Source of the DNA: Alphaproteobacteria bacterium
GTDB taxonomy: Bacteria; Pseudomonadota; Alphaproteobacteria; CAAGCB01; CAG-977
Reading direction: 5' to 3'
Length of the DNA stretch: 64,000 bases
Assembly (NCBI GenBank): GCA_900768845.1
Contig: CAAGEK010000025.1
Coordinates: forward strand, 778-64,777
Below, one piece after another: positions 17,138-27,443 of the stretch (its first letter is position 1; each line of letters opens with the position of its first letter). The notes under the pieces were generated by a model. The model was not told where the DNA came from and ran no database searches. It saw nothing but the letters and a program-made list of their open reading frames with translations. The position numbers and the translations under genes were made by a program.

Positions 17138-19258
17138 TTAAATCTGGCCTATCGTTCTGATTTTAGCCCTCGGATGAATTTCATTTTGAGATATTACCAC
17201 AGTTACGGGGCGAAAGCGTTCAATAATTGAACGGACATACGGCCTGATGGCGGGGCTGGTCAGCAAAACGGGGGATTCTCCGCGTTTTGCCAGCTCTTCA
17301 AAAACTTGACGGACGCGGTTGATAAAGCGTTGGATATGCGACGGAGGCATGGAAAGCTGTTTTTCATCCCCGTTGCCCAGTAAAGACTCGGCAAACGCCT
17401 GTTCCCATTCGCCCGACAGCGTTACCAGAGGGATGATCCCGTCCGATCCCGCGCACGCCGCGGAAATCTGGCGCGACAGGCGCGTTCTGGAATGTTCGGT
17501 AATCAGCATCAGGCTTTGAGTGACGGTACAGGCTTCGGAAATGCCTTCCAAAATCGTGGGCAGGTCGCGAATCGAAACGCGTTCCTGCAACAGGTTTTGC
17601 AAAACGCGTTGAACGCCTCCGACCGTGATGCGTTTGGGAATCAGCTCCGCCACGAGTTTTTGCTGATCCTTGTCCAGTTCGTCCAACAGCTTTTGCGTTT
17701 CCGTATAGGACAACAGCTCGGACATATTCATTTTAACCAGTTCGGTGATGTGCGTCGTGATGATGGTCGGCGGATCGACGACGGTATAACCGCGGAACAT
17801 CGCGTCTTCGCGTGCCGTCAGGTCAATCCACATCGCAGGCAGACCGAACGTCGGTTCACGGGTTTTTTCGCCTTGCAAAGTGATTTCTTCGCCACGCGGA
17901 TCCATGACCAGCAATTTGTTCGGGCGCAATTCCCCGCGTCCCGCTTCGGTTTCCTTGACATAAATGACATAAGTGTTCGGCGGCAGTTGCATATTGTCCT
18001 GAATACGCACCGAAGGCATGACAAATCCCATATCCAATGCCAAAGCACGCCTTAAAGCCTTTATCTGGTCGGTCAGACGGCGGTTCGACGTTTCGTTGAT
18101 CAGGGAAAGAAGGCTGTACCCCAGTTCCAGACGCACCAAATCCATTTTTAAAACGCTGGAAATGGGTTCTTCGACAATCGGCGGCGGAGCGGGCGGTTCT
18201 TCCGCCATCTGACGTTCCACCTGTTCTTTGAGCTTTTCCTCCTGCCTGTCAAGGAAAACTGCCGCCGCACCGGTGATTGCGCTTAAAAGCAAAAAGGGAG
18301 CCCCCGGAGTCCCCGGAAGCAAAGCCAGCATACAGGCCAAAAAGGACGTCATCCCCAACGATTTCGGATAATGGGACAACTGGCCGAACAAAACTTTTTC
18401 CGTTCCGCCGGAAATGCCCGCTTTCGATACCATGATACCGGCGGCGACGGAAATGATCAGCGCGGGAATTTGTGATACCAACCCGTCGCCGACCGTCAAT
18501 CGCATATAGGTGTCGGCGGCTTTCATGAACGGCATCTTCATTTGCAACATACCGATTAAAATGCCGGCGATGATGTTGATGGCCGTGATGATCAACCCCG
18601 CAATCGCATCTCCGCGCACGAATTTTGACGCACCGTCCATCGCACCGTAAAAACTGCTTTCCTGAGAAAGTTCGTCACGACGCTTTCTGGCTTCGGCTTC
18701 ATCAATCAGTCCCGAAGACAAATCCGCGTCGATCGCCATTTGTTTTCCGGGCATGGCGTCCAACGCGAAACGGGCTGCGACTTCGGCGATGCGTCCCGAA
18801 CCTTTGGTAATCACCATGAAATTGACCAGAACCAAGATGGCGAAAACAATGATTCCGATGACGAAATTGCCGCTCATGATGAAATTGCCGAACGCTTCGA
18901 TAACGTGTCCGGCGGCGGCGGTTCCTTTATTGCCGTTTGCCAAAATCAAACGCGTCGAAGACAGGTTCAACGCCAGACGGTACACCGTGGAAATCAGCAA
19001 AATGAGGGGAAACGAGGTGAATTGAATCGGTTTTTCGATAAAAATCGACGTCATCAACACCAAAACCGAAAATGTCAAAGACAACGCCAGCGCAATATCC
19101 AACAACAAGGGCGGCAACGGCAAAATCAGGATGACCAGCATCAGGACAATGCCCAGAGCAAGGAAAATGTCTCCGCGTTTGCCGAAGGAGGAAAGCCCCT
19201 GTTTCAAAGCGGCGGATTTTGATGCGGGTTGCGATGCCGGAACGGGTTGTTGCGCCAT
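17138..19258 (-). CDS. flhA: flagellar export apparatus protein FlhA
   Basis: 706 aa with an N-terminal polytopic region, the conserved KFVRGDAIAGLIIT loop and a large cytoplasmic C-domain. Confidence 0.95.
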   Translation of the reverse strand: MAQQPVPASQPASKSAALKQGLSSFGKRGDIFLALGIVLMLVILILPLPPLLLDIALALSLTFSVLVLMTSIFIEKPIQFTSFPLILLISTVYRLALNLSSTRLILANGNKGTAAAGHVIEAFGNFIMSGNFVIGIIVFAILVLVNFMVITKGSGRIAEVAARFALDAMPGKQMAIDADLSSGLIDEAEARKRRDELSQESSFYGAMDGASKFVRGDAIAGLIITAINIIAGILIGMLQMKMPFMKAADTYMRLTVGDGLVSQIPALIISVAAGIMVSKAGISGGTEKVLFGQLSHYPKSLGMTSFLACMLALLPGTPGAPFLLLSAITGAAAVFLDRQEEKLKEQVERQMAEEPPAPPPIVEEPISSVLKMDLVRLELGYSLLSLINETSNRRLTDQIKALRRALALDMGFVMPSVRIQDNMQLPPNTYVIYVKETEAGRGELRPNKLLVMDPRGEEITLQGEKTREPTFGLPAMWIDLTAREDAMFRGYTVVDPPTIITTHITELVKMNMSELLSYTETQKLLDELDKDQQKLVAELIPKRITVGGVQRVLQNLLQERVSIRDLPTILEGISEACTVTQSLMLITEHSRTRLSRQISAACAGSDGIIPLVTLSGEWEQAFAESLLGNGDEKQLSMPPSHIQRFINRVRQVFEELAKRGESPVLLTSPAIRPYVRSIIERFRPVTVVISQNEIHPRAKIRTIGQI

Positions 19259-19267
19259 TGGCCGTCC

Positions 19268-20599
19268 TTATCCGAAATCGTTGGGGGCGGGAGGCACTTC
19301 CGTACCTTCTTCCGAGTATTGTTTCAGCTTGTTGCGCAGGGTGCGGATGGATATGCCCAAAATGTTGGCGGCATGGGTTCTGTTGCCCAACGTGTGCTTT
19401 AACGTATCGATGATCAGGTTCTTTTCGACGTCGGCGACCGTGCGGCCGACCATGCCCGCAGTACCCGACAGAGCCGGATCGGAAGCGTTTTGATCGCCGG
19501 ATTGTTCGGTCAGCATGACGGCGTCCGCGTCGATTTCATTTCCCGTTGACAGGATGACGGCGCGGTGAATTGTATTTTCCAGTTCGCGCACATTCCCCGG
19601 CCATGAATATGCCATCAACTTTTTCTGCGCTTCGGCGGAAACCGGTTTGACGGGAATGGCGTTCAAATCCGAATATTTGCGCACGAAAAATTCCGTCAAC
19701 GGCAAAATGTCGCCTTTTCTGTCCCTCAGGGCGGGAATGGCGATGTTGACGACGTTCAAACGGAAATACAAATCTTCACGGAACAGCTTTTCCCTGACGG
19801 CTTCGTGCATATCCCTGTTTGAAGTCGCCAGAATGCGCACGTCGACGTTGACGGGGGCTTTGCCGCCGATGCGGTCGATTTGGCGTTCCTGAATGGCGCG
19901 CAACAGTTTCGCTTGCAACCGGACGTCCATTTCCGTGATTTCATCCAACAGCAATGTCCCGCCGTTCGCTTCTTCAAACTTGCCGATGCGTCGGGCGACC
20001 GCGCCGGTGAACGCGCCTTTTTCATAACCGAACAGTTCAGATTCCAAGAGGTTTTCGGGAATGGCCGCACAGTTGACGGCAATGAACGGTTCGGCGGAAC
20101 GTTTGGAATTGGCGTGAATGTATTTTGCAAAAACCTCCTTGCCCGTTCCCGATTCTCCCGTAATCAGGACGCTTGCCGCCGAAGGGGCGACCTGTTTCGC
20201 CAGTTTTAAAAGGCTTTCGGTGGCGGGATCTTTGAAAACGACTTGGGCGTTTTCCATGGAAACCGCACTGAGTACGGCTCCGATCAATTCCGCGTCCGGA
20301 GGCAGGGGGATGTATTCTTTCGCGCCGGCTTTGATGGCTTTGACGGCGGCTTTCGCATCGGCGGCGACGCCGCAGGCGACGACGGGAATGCTGATGCGTT
20401 CCTGATTCAGGCTTTCGACAAGGGAATAAATGTCCAAACGGACGTCCGCCATGATCAAATCCGCGCCGCGCCCCGAACGGAGCAGATCCAACGCCGCGTT
20501 TATATCGGGGGCGTGAATGACCGAACCGCCCTGTTTCGCAGCGATTTGCGCGGCGGATCCGATTTGACCGTCCATAGTTCCGATAAGCAGCAGACGCAT
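19268..20599 (-). CDS. flbD: sigma-54-dependent flagellar transcriptional activator (FlbD/FleR-type response regulator)
   Basis: Receiver-like N-terminus, an AAA+ core with GESGTGKE and ELFGYEKGAFTGA, and a C-terminal Fis-type HTH AANILGISIRTLRNKL. Confidence 0.9.
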   Translation of the reverse strand: MRLLLIGTMDGQIGSAAQIAAKQGGSVIHAPDINAALDLLRSGRGADLIMADVRLDIYSLVESLNQERISIPVVACGVAADAKAAVKAIKAGAKEYIPLPPDAELIGAVLSAVSMENAQVVFKDPATESLLKLAKQVAPSAASVLITGESGTGKEVFAKYIHANSKRSAEPFIAVNCAAIPENLLESELFGYEKGAFTGAVARRIGKFEEANGGTLLLDEITEMDVRLQAKLLRAIQERQIDRIGGKAPVNVDVRILATSNRDMHEAVREKLFREDLYFRLNVVNIAIPALRDRKGDILPLTEFFVRKYSDLNAIPVKPVSAEAQKKLMAYSWPGNVRELENTIHRAVILSTGNEIDADAVMLTEQSGDQNASDPALSGTAGMVGRTVADVEKNLIIDTLKHTLGNRTHAANILGISIRTLRNKLKQYSEEGTEVPPAPNDFG

Positions 20600-20629
20600 G
20601 ATTTCCCCTTAAAAAGTCCGGCGGAAGCG

Positions 20630-21001
20630 TTAATTTCTTTCCGCTTTGATGATTTCCGTCATCGTTATGCCCAAACGGTCGTCGACGACGACGACTTCAC
20701 CGCGTGCAACCAAGCGGTTGTTGACGTAAATGTCAATGGCTTCGCCGATTTTGCGATCCAACTCGACAACCGCGCCGCGCCCCAGTTTTAACAGCTGGTG
20801 GACTTGCATTCTGGATTTTCCCAAAACGGCCGAAACCTGAACGGGAATGTCGTAAACGGCTTCCAATTCCGCGGAAGACTTCGGCTTTTCGGGGATTTCC
20901 TCGTTATAACGGCTTCCGCTTTGCGGATTGCGGGAAGGCGTACCGTTCGGATCCAGTTCGTTCAGGTTCAGTTCCGAATCACCCGTTGGTTTATCAGCCA
21001 T
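20630..21001 (-). CDS. fliN: flagellar motor switch protein FliN
   Basis: 123 aa with the SpoA-like core VQVSAVLGKSRMQVHQLLKLGRGAVVELDRKIGEAIDIYVNNRLVARGEVVVVDD. Confidence 0.92.
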   Translation of the reverse strand: MADKPTGDSELNLNELDPNGTPSRNPQSGSRYNEEIPEKPKSSAELEAVYDIPVQVSAVLGKSRMQVHQLLKLGRGAVVELDRKIGEAIDIYVNNRLVARGEVVVVDDRLGITMTEIIKAERN

Positions 21002-21914
21002 TTTTTTCTCCTTCGTTCATCGAATCGGACGGGATGTTGCGATATAATCTTAACAGTTCTTCCGTCTGATTCAAAACATCTTGAGTGTTTCTTTCCATTC
21101 CGCCGTTTTTCCATTCGATGCTGCAATCGCCAGACGCGATCGATTCATCCCTTAAAACGGTGATTTTTCCGGCATAAGCCGTTTTGACGACAAGTTGCGC
21201 AATATGTTTTTTTATAGGTTCCGCATCGGCGGGATTCAAGCGAATGATGATTTTGGCTTCTTCGGTCAGGAATTGGAAATTCTTTTCCAGCATTTCCCGC
21301 ACTTCGTTGACGCCGCAGGATTTTCCCAATGCCGGAAAAGCCTTTTTACAAACGGCGAAAGCCAGTTCCGTCGCCGTGTCGAATGCGGTTTGAGCCGATT
21401 TTTTGCAATACGGTTCCAAATCTTTCAACAAACCGGAAATCCGTTCCAATACGTCCGTTTGATGTTTTTCGGCGGATTCCATGGCTTCTTTCCACGCGGC
21501 GTCCCTTCCTTCCTCGATGCCTTTTTGACGGCCTTCTTCAAACGCCACGGAACGGGCGGTTTCCATTTCTTCTTCCGTAAATCCGGCGACGACGGGGGGC
21601 GGTTCGCTTTCCTGTTGCGTTTCTTGCGCCGTTTCCGGATCGTTTCCCGTTTCCGAATCCGTTCCGTTACGGGCTTCCTTTAACAATTCTTCGGCGGCCG
21701 TTTCTATGTCCAACGTCAGAACCTGAGCGTTTAAAGAATCCAGTATTTCCGAAATGGAAGGGACGGGAGCCGGCACATCGGATCCTTCGGCGGTTTCGGA
21801 AGGGGCGGCGGAGGGCGAAACGGCGGGAGCGGGAGCGGAGGTTTCGGGCGCGAAATCGTCTTCTTCGGGCTCGTCAAACCGCCTGTCGAACATGAATTTG
21901 TATTCTTTCGCCAT
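20994..21914 (-). CDS. fliH: flagellar assembly protein FliH
   Basis: 306 aa with an acidic Pro/Glu-rich N-terminus and a C-terminal FliH-like block ending GDCSIEWKNGGMERN. It sits between fliG and fliN. Confidence 0.75.
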   Translation of the reverse strand: MAKEYKFMFDRRFDEPEEDDFAPETSAPAPAVSPSAAPSETAEGSDVPAPVPSISEILDSLNAQVLTLDIETAAEELLKEARNGTDSETGNDPETAQETQQESEPPPVVAGFTEEEMETARSVAFEEGRQKGIEEGRDAAWKEAMESAEKHQTDVLERISGLLKDLEPYCKKSAQTAFDTATELAFAVCKKAFPALGKSCGVNEVREMLEKNFQFLTEEAKIIIRLNPADAEPIKKHIAQLVVKTAYAGKITVLRDESIASGDCSIEWKNGGMERNTQDVLNQTEELLRLYRNIPSDSMNEGEKNG

Positions 21915-21941
21915 ACTTCCCGCCTTTTAAAAACAAGCCGT

Positions 21942-22964
21942 TTAGTAAATCAGCTCGTCTTCGGAACCGCCTTCGGAAATCGTGATTTCACCGTTGTTCG
22001 CCAATTCCTTGGCCAGCTGGACGACCATGGCCTGCGCTTCGTCGACGTCGCGCAAACGGACGGGGCCCATCGCTTCCATGTCTTCGCGCATCATCTTGCC
22101 CGCACGTTCGGACATATTTTTAAAGAACAAGTCTTTAATGACTTCCGACGCACCCTTTAAGGCAACGCCCAGTTTTTCCTTGTCGACGTTACGCAACAAA
22201 ACCTGAATGCCCAAAGAATCCAGTCGGGTGAGGTCTTCAAACGTAAACATAAGGGATTTGATGCGTTCGGCGGATTCGCGGTTGCGTTCCTCCAAAGCGG
22301 CCATAAAGCGGCCTTCGGTGTTGCGATCCAAACTGTTGAAGATTTCCGCGATGAGTTCGTGGGAATCGCGGCGCGAAGAATGCGCCAGATTGTTCATGAA
22401 TTCGGCACGCAAGGTTTGTTCCACGCCGTCCAGAACGTCTTTTTGGATGGCTTCCATACGCAACAGGCGCATGATGACTTCCATCGCGAAAGATTCTGGC
22501 AGTAAAGCGATGACGCGGGCGGCGTGATCCGATTTGATTTTTGACAGGATGACCGCGACGGTTTGCGGATATTCGTTTTTCAAATAATTCGCCAGCACCT
22601 GTTCGTTGACGTTGCCCAGCTTGTCCCACATCGTCCGTCCCGCGGGGCCCCGTATTTCCTCCATGATGGCGGCGACGCGGTCTTTGCCCAACGATTTCAT
22701 CAACAGGCGTTCGGTGCTTTCATAATTGCCGATCAACCCGCCGGGGTTTGCGAACGCGTCGGCAAATTCAAGGAACAATTTTTCAACGGTTGCCGCGGGA
22801 ATAACGCCCAAACCCGCCATAATGACGGATATTTCGCGGATCTCGTCGTCTTCCATCAGGGAAAACAGCTTCGCCGTATGCTCTTCTTCCAGAGCCATCA
22901 TCAAAATAGCCGCTTTTTGGGATCCCGTCAGGTTGCGGTAGTCTTCAATCGCTGTAATCGCCAC
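21942..22964 (-). CDS. fliG: flagellar motor switch protein FliG
   Basis: 340 aa with [26 protein letters not shown] and the MFTFEDL motif. Confidence 0.95.
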   Translation of the reverse strand: MAITAIEDYRNLTGSQKAAILMMALEEEHTAKLFSLMEDDEIREISVIMAGLGVIPAATVEKLFLEFADAFANPGGLIGNYESTERLLMKSLGKDRVAAIMEEIRGPAGRTMWDKLGNVNEQVLANYLKNEYPQTVAVILSKIKSDHAARVIALLPESFAMEVIMRLLRMEAIQKDVLDGVEQTLRAEFMNNLAHSSRRDSHELIAEIFNSLDRNTEGRFMAALEERNRESAERIKSLMFTFEDLTRLDSLGIQVLLRNVDKEKLGVALKGASEVIKDLFFKNMSERAGKMMREDMEAMGPVRLRDVDEAQAMVVQLAKELANNGEITISEGGSEDELIY

Positions 22965-22976
22965 GTCCGGACACTC

Positions 22977-24599
22977 CTATCGCTCGTCATAAAGCCAGTT
23001 GCGGATGATGTTGACCGCTTCTTCGGGATGCTGTTCGATAATCTCCCCTATTTTTTTGACGGAAGACGCTTTGACGCGCCCCTCCACGCGGGCGATGTCG
23101 ATCAGCTCTTCTATTTGTGCCGCCGTTCCTCCGCTGACAACGTCCATATCCGGACCCGTCAGCTGGGGAGGCATTCCGTTTTGTGCCGGCATGAGCAAAT
23201 TCTCCTCTTCTTCGATGTCGGTCGGTTCAAACGCTTTGACAATCAAGGGGCGAACCACCAGTAAAATGACCAGAACGGCAACCAAGGCCACGCCCAGCCC
23301 TTCGACCATTTTTATGACTTCCTGCTTTGTAAAGCCCATGAACAGGATGGGATCGTCAGCCCTGAGCAGGTCTTCGGGGTTGAAAAAAGGCAGGTTGACG
23401 ACTTCGATCGTGTCGCCGCGGTTGGCGTCGTATCCGACGGCGGAACGCACCAACGCCGCCAGCAAATCCATTTCCCGTTCCGTCCTCGGCGTGTATTCGC
23501 GTGTTCCGTTCGGCAGGGTGCGATACGTTCCGTCAATGATGACGGCGGCGGAAATGCGTTTGATGACGCCGTTTTTGCGCGTTTGGCTGATGACTTGTTT
23601 GGATATTTCGTAGTTGACGGTTTCCTCCGTCCGATTCGCTTGGGACGTGACCTGATTGGCGTTTTTGACCTCGGCGTCCGGCAGGTTCTGTTCAACGCTG
23701 ACGATCGGTTCCTTTTCGTCGGTTTTCGAGTTTTCTTCAATCGTTGTCGAAGAGCGCAAAACCTGCGTTTCGGGATCGAACAGTTCCTTGTTGACGACGA
23801 CTTGGTCGAAATCCATTTCCAAAGCGATATTGACGCGAACCTTGTCATGTCCGACGGATTTTTCCAACAATTCCTGAACCGCACGCGTCAGGCGTTGTTC
23901 CTGATCCCTGCGCATTTCCTCGTTGGTCGACATCGTGCGTTGTTCTTCGGAAACGTATTCCTTGGTCAGCAAGGCTCCGCGGGTGTCCAAAATGGACACG
24001 TTTTGCACGTCCATTTTCGGTACGGCCGCGGCGACCAGACGCTGGACGCCTTCAACCTGTTTCGCGGTCAGGTTTTTCTTGTCTTCCATTTTGATGATGA
24101 CCGACGCCGAGGGTTTTTGTTCTTCGCGGGAAAACATCTCGCGTTTGGGCAGAACCAGATGGACGCGGGCGGCCTTGACATGATCGATGGCCTTGATCGT
24201 TCTGGCCAGTTCGCCTTCCAAAGCGCGCAACATCTGCAGGTTCATGACTTCGTGGCCGATGCCGGGGGATTGCGTCTTGTCAAACAATTCGTATCCGACG
24301 ACGCTTCCCGCGCCGGCGGTTTCGGCCAGCTGAACGCGCAATTTCAGGACTTCGCCGACGGGAACCTGAATTTCCGTGCCGTTTTTAAACAGCTTGTACG
24401 GCACGTTTTGTTCGTCCAGCCTTTCGATGATTTTTTTCGCTTCGGCGGGTTCCAGTTCGTTGAACAGGACGCCCGTTTCCGTGCCGCCCAGCCGTGTCGC
24501 CAGATAAATCAGAAAGCCCATCAGGAAAACGGCGATGCCGCCCATGGCTGCAAGGCGGGCGGTTCCAAGGCTTTTTAACGTTTGTATCAGCGAAATCAC
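22977..24599 (-). CDS. fliF: flagellar M-ring protein FliF
   Basis: 540 aa with an N-terminal TM helix, the YscJ/FliF fold region, a second TM helix near the C-terminus (GLGVALVAVLVILLVV) and a FliG-binding tail. Confidence 0.95.
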   Translation of the reverse strand: MISLIQTLKSLGTARLAAMGGIAVFLMGFLIYLATRLGGTETGVLFNELEPAEAKKIIERLDEQNVPYKLFKNGTEIQVPVGEVLKLRVQLAETAGAGSVVGYELFDKTQSPGIGHEVMNLQMLRALEGELARTIKAIDHVKAARVHLVLPKREMFSREEQKPSASVIIKMEDKKNLTAKQVEGVQRLVAAAVPKMDVQNVSILDTRGALLTKEYVSEEQRTMSTNEEMRRDQEQRLTRAVQELLEKSVGHDKVRVNIALEMDFDQVVVNKELFDPETQVLRSSTTIEENSKTDEKEPIVSVEQNLPDAEVKNANQVTSQANRTEETVNYEISKQVISQTRKNGVIKRISAAVIIDGTYRTLPNGTREYTPRTEREMDLLAALVRSAVGYDANRGDTIEVVNLPFFNPEDLLRADDPILFMGFTKQEVIKMVEGLGVALVAVLVILLVVRPLIVKAFEPTDIEEEENLLMPAQNGMPPQLTGPDMDVVSGGTAAQIEELIDIARVEGRVKASSVKKIGEIIEQHPEEAVNIIRNWLYDER

Positions 24600-24756
24600 G
24601 ACAATCTTCCCGATTTTGTATATAAATCAGCAAATCATACCAGAATCTTAAAAAATGAACATAAAAAAACGGTTAATAAGTAAAGATTTTGTAAAATTTA
24701 ACGGCTTGACTTTCATTTCGGTTGTATGTTTGAAAACGACCGTACATAATGACGGG

Positions 24757-26071
24757 ATGAAGAAAAACACCGAAGCGTTATGCCCTGTTTGCCGCCGTCG
24801 TCTTCCCGCCGAAAAAACGCGGAAAGGCTTTGACGTCTTTTGACACGCGTCTGTCCGGAACACGGCCTGTTTGAAACGAAAATATCCAAAGACGCCGGTC
24901 GTTTCTTTGACAAGACCTTTTCCGTCAAAGGCAAACCGTTCACACCGTCCGTTTCGCAAAAAACGGGGAGATGTCCGGACGATTGCGGGTAGTGCGACCG
25001 TCACGAACAGCACATCTGCACCGGATTGATTGAAGTGACCGACGTTTGCAATATGGCTTGTCCCGTGTGTTATTTAAAGGGGCGAACCACATTTCCGTCG
25101 AAGAGTTCGGGAGGCGGCTTGAAACGTTGCTGGCCGTTGAAAACGGGTCGCTTGACGTGTTGCAGATTTCCGGAGGCGAATGCACGCTTCATCCGGATTT
25201 CGACAGGTTGGTCGAAACGGCGGTTCGGGCGGGCGTCGGGCGCGTCCTGATCAACACGAACGGTTTGAAGTTGGCGGAGGACGGAGCCGTTTTCGAAACG
25301 GTTTTGCGCCATAAGGACAAGGTTGAGGTCTATCTGCAGTACGACGGTGCGGACGACGGCGTTTACGCCGATTTGCGCGGGCGGGCGATGGCCGGATTGA
25401 AACAGCGGGTCTTGGATCGTTTGGAAGAACGTGACGTCAAGGTTTGTCTGGCCGTGACGGTGTACCGGAAAAACCTGAAGGATTTGCCGGACATTCTGCG
25501 CACGGCCTGCCGCAGAAGCAACGTGACGGGCGTGACGTTCCAGCGGTTGGAAAAAACGGGAGCCGCACGGGAAAGCGATTTGGAAAGCGTGTTGCAAGAA
25601 GACATTTTGCACGCGCTGGCTCAAAGCGGATTGATGGAATACAAGGATTTGATCCCCTTGCCGTGTTCGCATGAAAACTGTACGTCTTTGGGCTTTTTGT
25701 TCTGTACGTCGGACAGGATTTATTCTTTGGGCTATTATGTCGATTTCACCAAATGCAAAGAAACGATTTCAAACCGCATCGCTTTTGACAAAACCGTACT
25801 GGATTATATGAAAAAAAACGTATGCAAGTGCTTTGTCGGAAAGGTTTTAGGGGATCGGTTCCTGTTGGACCGGTTGCAACAGTTTGCGTCCGCGGGGGAG
25901 GGGTCTTCGTATCGGGATATGAAAATCGTACGGATTATCGTCAAAAATTTTATGGACGCCCAAACGTTCGACTTTGAACGTGCGCGCAAATGTTGCGTCG
26001 GCGTTTCCGTCGGCGGCGGCAAAGTCATTCCGTTTTGCTTGTACAACAATTTAAAAGGGATGTTGCCATGA
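24757..26071 (+). pseudogene. disrupted radical SAM enzyme with N-terminal zinc-ribbon and twin CX3CX2C motifs
   Basis: The reading frame runs frame 1 (MKKNTEALCPVCRRRL...DVF), then frame 3 (LTRVCPEHG...CPDDCG*CDRHEQH...EVTDVCNMACPVCYLKG), then frame 2 (ANHISVEEF...SGGECTLHPDF...PFCLYNNLKG). There are one-base deficits at the T-run near 24837-24841 and the A/G-run near 25078-25084, plus an in-frame TAG at 24990-24992. Confidence 0.8.
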
Positions 26072-26439
26072 ACACGGAAACGCCGGCGGACGGTGCGGAA
26101 GCTTTTCCTTCGGACGGAACGCCCGCGCCCGAAAACGGCGGGGTTTGGCGGGAAGTCTTGTCCTTTATTCTGAAAGTGTTTTTGCTGTGTTTCATTTTTG
26201 TGGGAACGTGCGCTCCGTTGGGAGTGCTTTTCGTCGGCTTTTTTAACAGTCTGCCCGACGGCATCGGGCTTGCCACTTTCGGAAGCCTGTTGCTTCTTTG
26301 CGTAATATGCCTGTTCAAAGCCCGAAAAGAACCGCGCAAAAGCCATCGGTACGCCTTTTTCACCGTCGGCGGCCTTGCCGGAGGGTGGTTTGTTTTCCTG
26401 CTGTACGGTATTGTACGATCTTATATCAAGCATCATTAA
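26068..26439 (+). CDS. small polytopic membrane protein, paralog 1 (conserved GTC box)
   Basis: 123 aa from an ATG that overlaps the radical SAM stop (ATGA). Contains WREVLSFILKVFLLCFIFVGTCAPL and further hydrophobic helices. Confidence 0.65.
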   Translation: MNTETPADGAEAFPSDGTPAPENGGVWREVLSFILKVFLLCFIFVGTCAPLGVLFVGFFNSLPDGIGLATFGSLLLLCVICLFKARKEPRKSHRYAFFTVGGLAGGWFVFLLYGIVRSYIKHH

Positions 26440-26480
26440 ACAGGGCGTATTCTGAGCAAAAATCCGAAGGGGCGAAAAGT

Positions 26481-26771
26481 ATGGCGGAAGAAAATCCGGA
26501 AGAGGCGGGTGAAACGGAACGGCTGGAAAAACAGCCTCTCTGGAAGGAAATACTGACTTTTATCGTAACGGTCTTGTGGTTGGCGATGCTCTTTTCGGGA
26601 ACGTGCCTTCCTTTATTTCAATCGGACGGGCGGGCTGTTGAGATTTATACGGCAGTTTTTTCCGTAATCTGCCTTGTCTGGGCGGCGAAGGTGCGAAGAA
26701 ACGGCGTCCGTGCGGCTTTCCTTGTCATGGGAGTGCTGTTGGGATGGATTGCTTTGAACTTTTTATTGTGA
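26481..26771 (+). CDS. small polytopic membrane protein, paralog 2 (conserved GTC box)
   Basis: 96 aa with a GAAGGGG RBS about 8 nt upstream. LWKEILTFIVTVLWLAMLFSGTCLPL aligns with paralog 1, and the shared VICL...R.AF...G.L.GW pattern follows. Confidence 0.65.
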   Translation: MAEENPEEAGETERLEKQPLWKEILTFIVTVLWLAMLFSGTCLPLFQSDGRAVEIYTAVFSVICLVWAAKVRRNGVRAAFLVMGVLLGWIALNFLL

Positions 26772-26786
26772 GGGGGCGAGCCGGAG

Positions 26787-27443
26787 ATGCTGGCTTATTG
26801 CATTTGCATCGCAATCGGGTGTTTATGTGCGGCGACGGCGTATAAATATGCAGATTTTCCAAAACGTTCCAAAGATCCCGACGCGTTTATCGCGGGCGGT
26901 TTCGCCCTGATTTTGGGAGCCAAAATCCCCGTTTGGATTTCCTACGGGCTGTCTTGGGAAACGGTTGTTCAGGGCAAAAGTTTCGCCGGCGCGTTAATCG
27001 GCGCGTTTCTGGGATTGAATCTGTATAAAAGGCTTTCCGGTCGTACACGATCCGGCTTCGGTTCCGGCTTTGTCATTCCTTTGGCGATTGTCGCGGGGTT
27101 TGGAAAAATCGGGTGCTTTCTGGCCGGATGCTGTGCGGGACGGAAAACGGGAATGGCGTTTCCGGAGTTCTATCCCGCCCAATTGGTTGAAAGCGCGTTT
27201 CAGTTCACGGCCGCTTTTGTTTTGTGGCGGCTTTATAAACGCGGAATGCAGCCGGACAGGTTGTTTCCCCTGTATGCGGCGTGTTACCTGACAATGCGTT
27301 TCTTTGTCGAGTTTATCAGAACGGAACCCGTCGTTTTCGCAGGGCTGACCGTGTATCAGATTGCGGCTTTGGCCTTCATTCCCGTTTTCGTTTTTCTGTT
27401 CAAGCAAAGAGGGACTTATGGAAATCATCCGGACATTGGCTGA
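26787..27443 (+). CDS. short prolipoprotein diacylglyceryl transferase (Lgt)-family protein
   Basis: 218 aa with Lgt-type motifs GFGKIGCFLAGCCAGR, YPAQLVESAFQF and YLTMRFFVEFIRTEP. Confidence 0.75.
   Translation: MLAYCICIAIGCLCAATAYKYADFPKRSKDPDAFIAGGFALILGAKIPVWISYGLSWETVVQGKSFAGALIGAFLGLNLYKRLSGRTRSGFGSGFVIPLAIVAGFGKIGCFLAGCCAGRKTGMAFPEFYPAQLVESAFQFTAAFVLWRLYKRGMQPDRLFPLYAACYLTMRFFVEFIRTEPVVFAGLTVYQIAALAFIPVFVFLFKQRGTYGNHPDIG

Noticed and set aside
24630-24642. Sigma-54-like TGGTATGATTTGC (minus strand) upstream of fliF
   Set aside because: The GG-to-GC spacing is 2 nt too short for a functional -24/-12 promoter. fliF-class genes are usually sigma-70 dependent in this type of hierarchy. 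I could find no convincing CtrA box (TTAA-N7-TTAAC) either.
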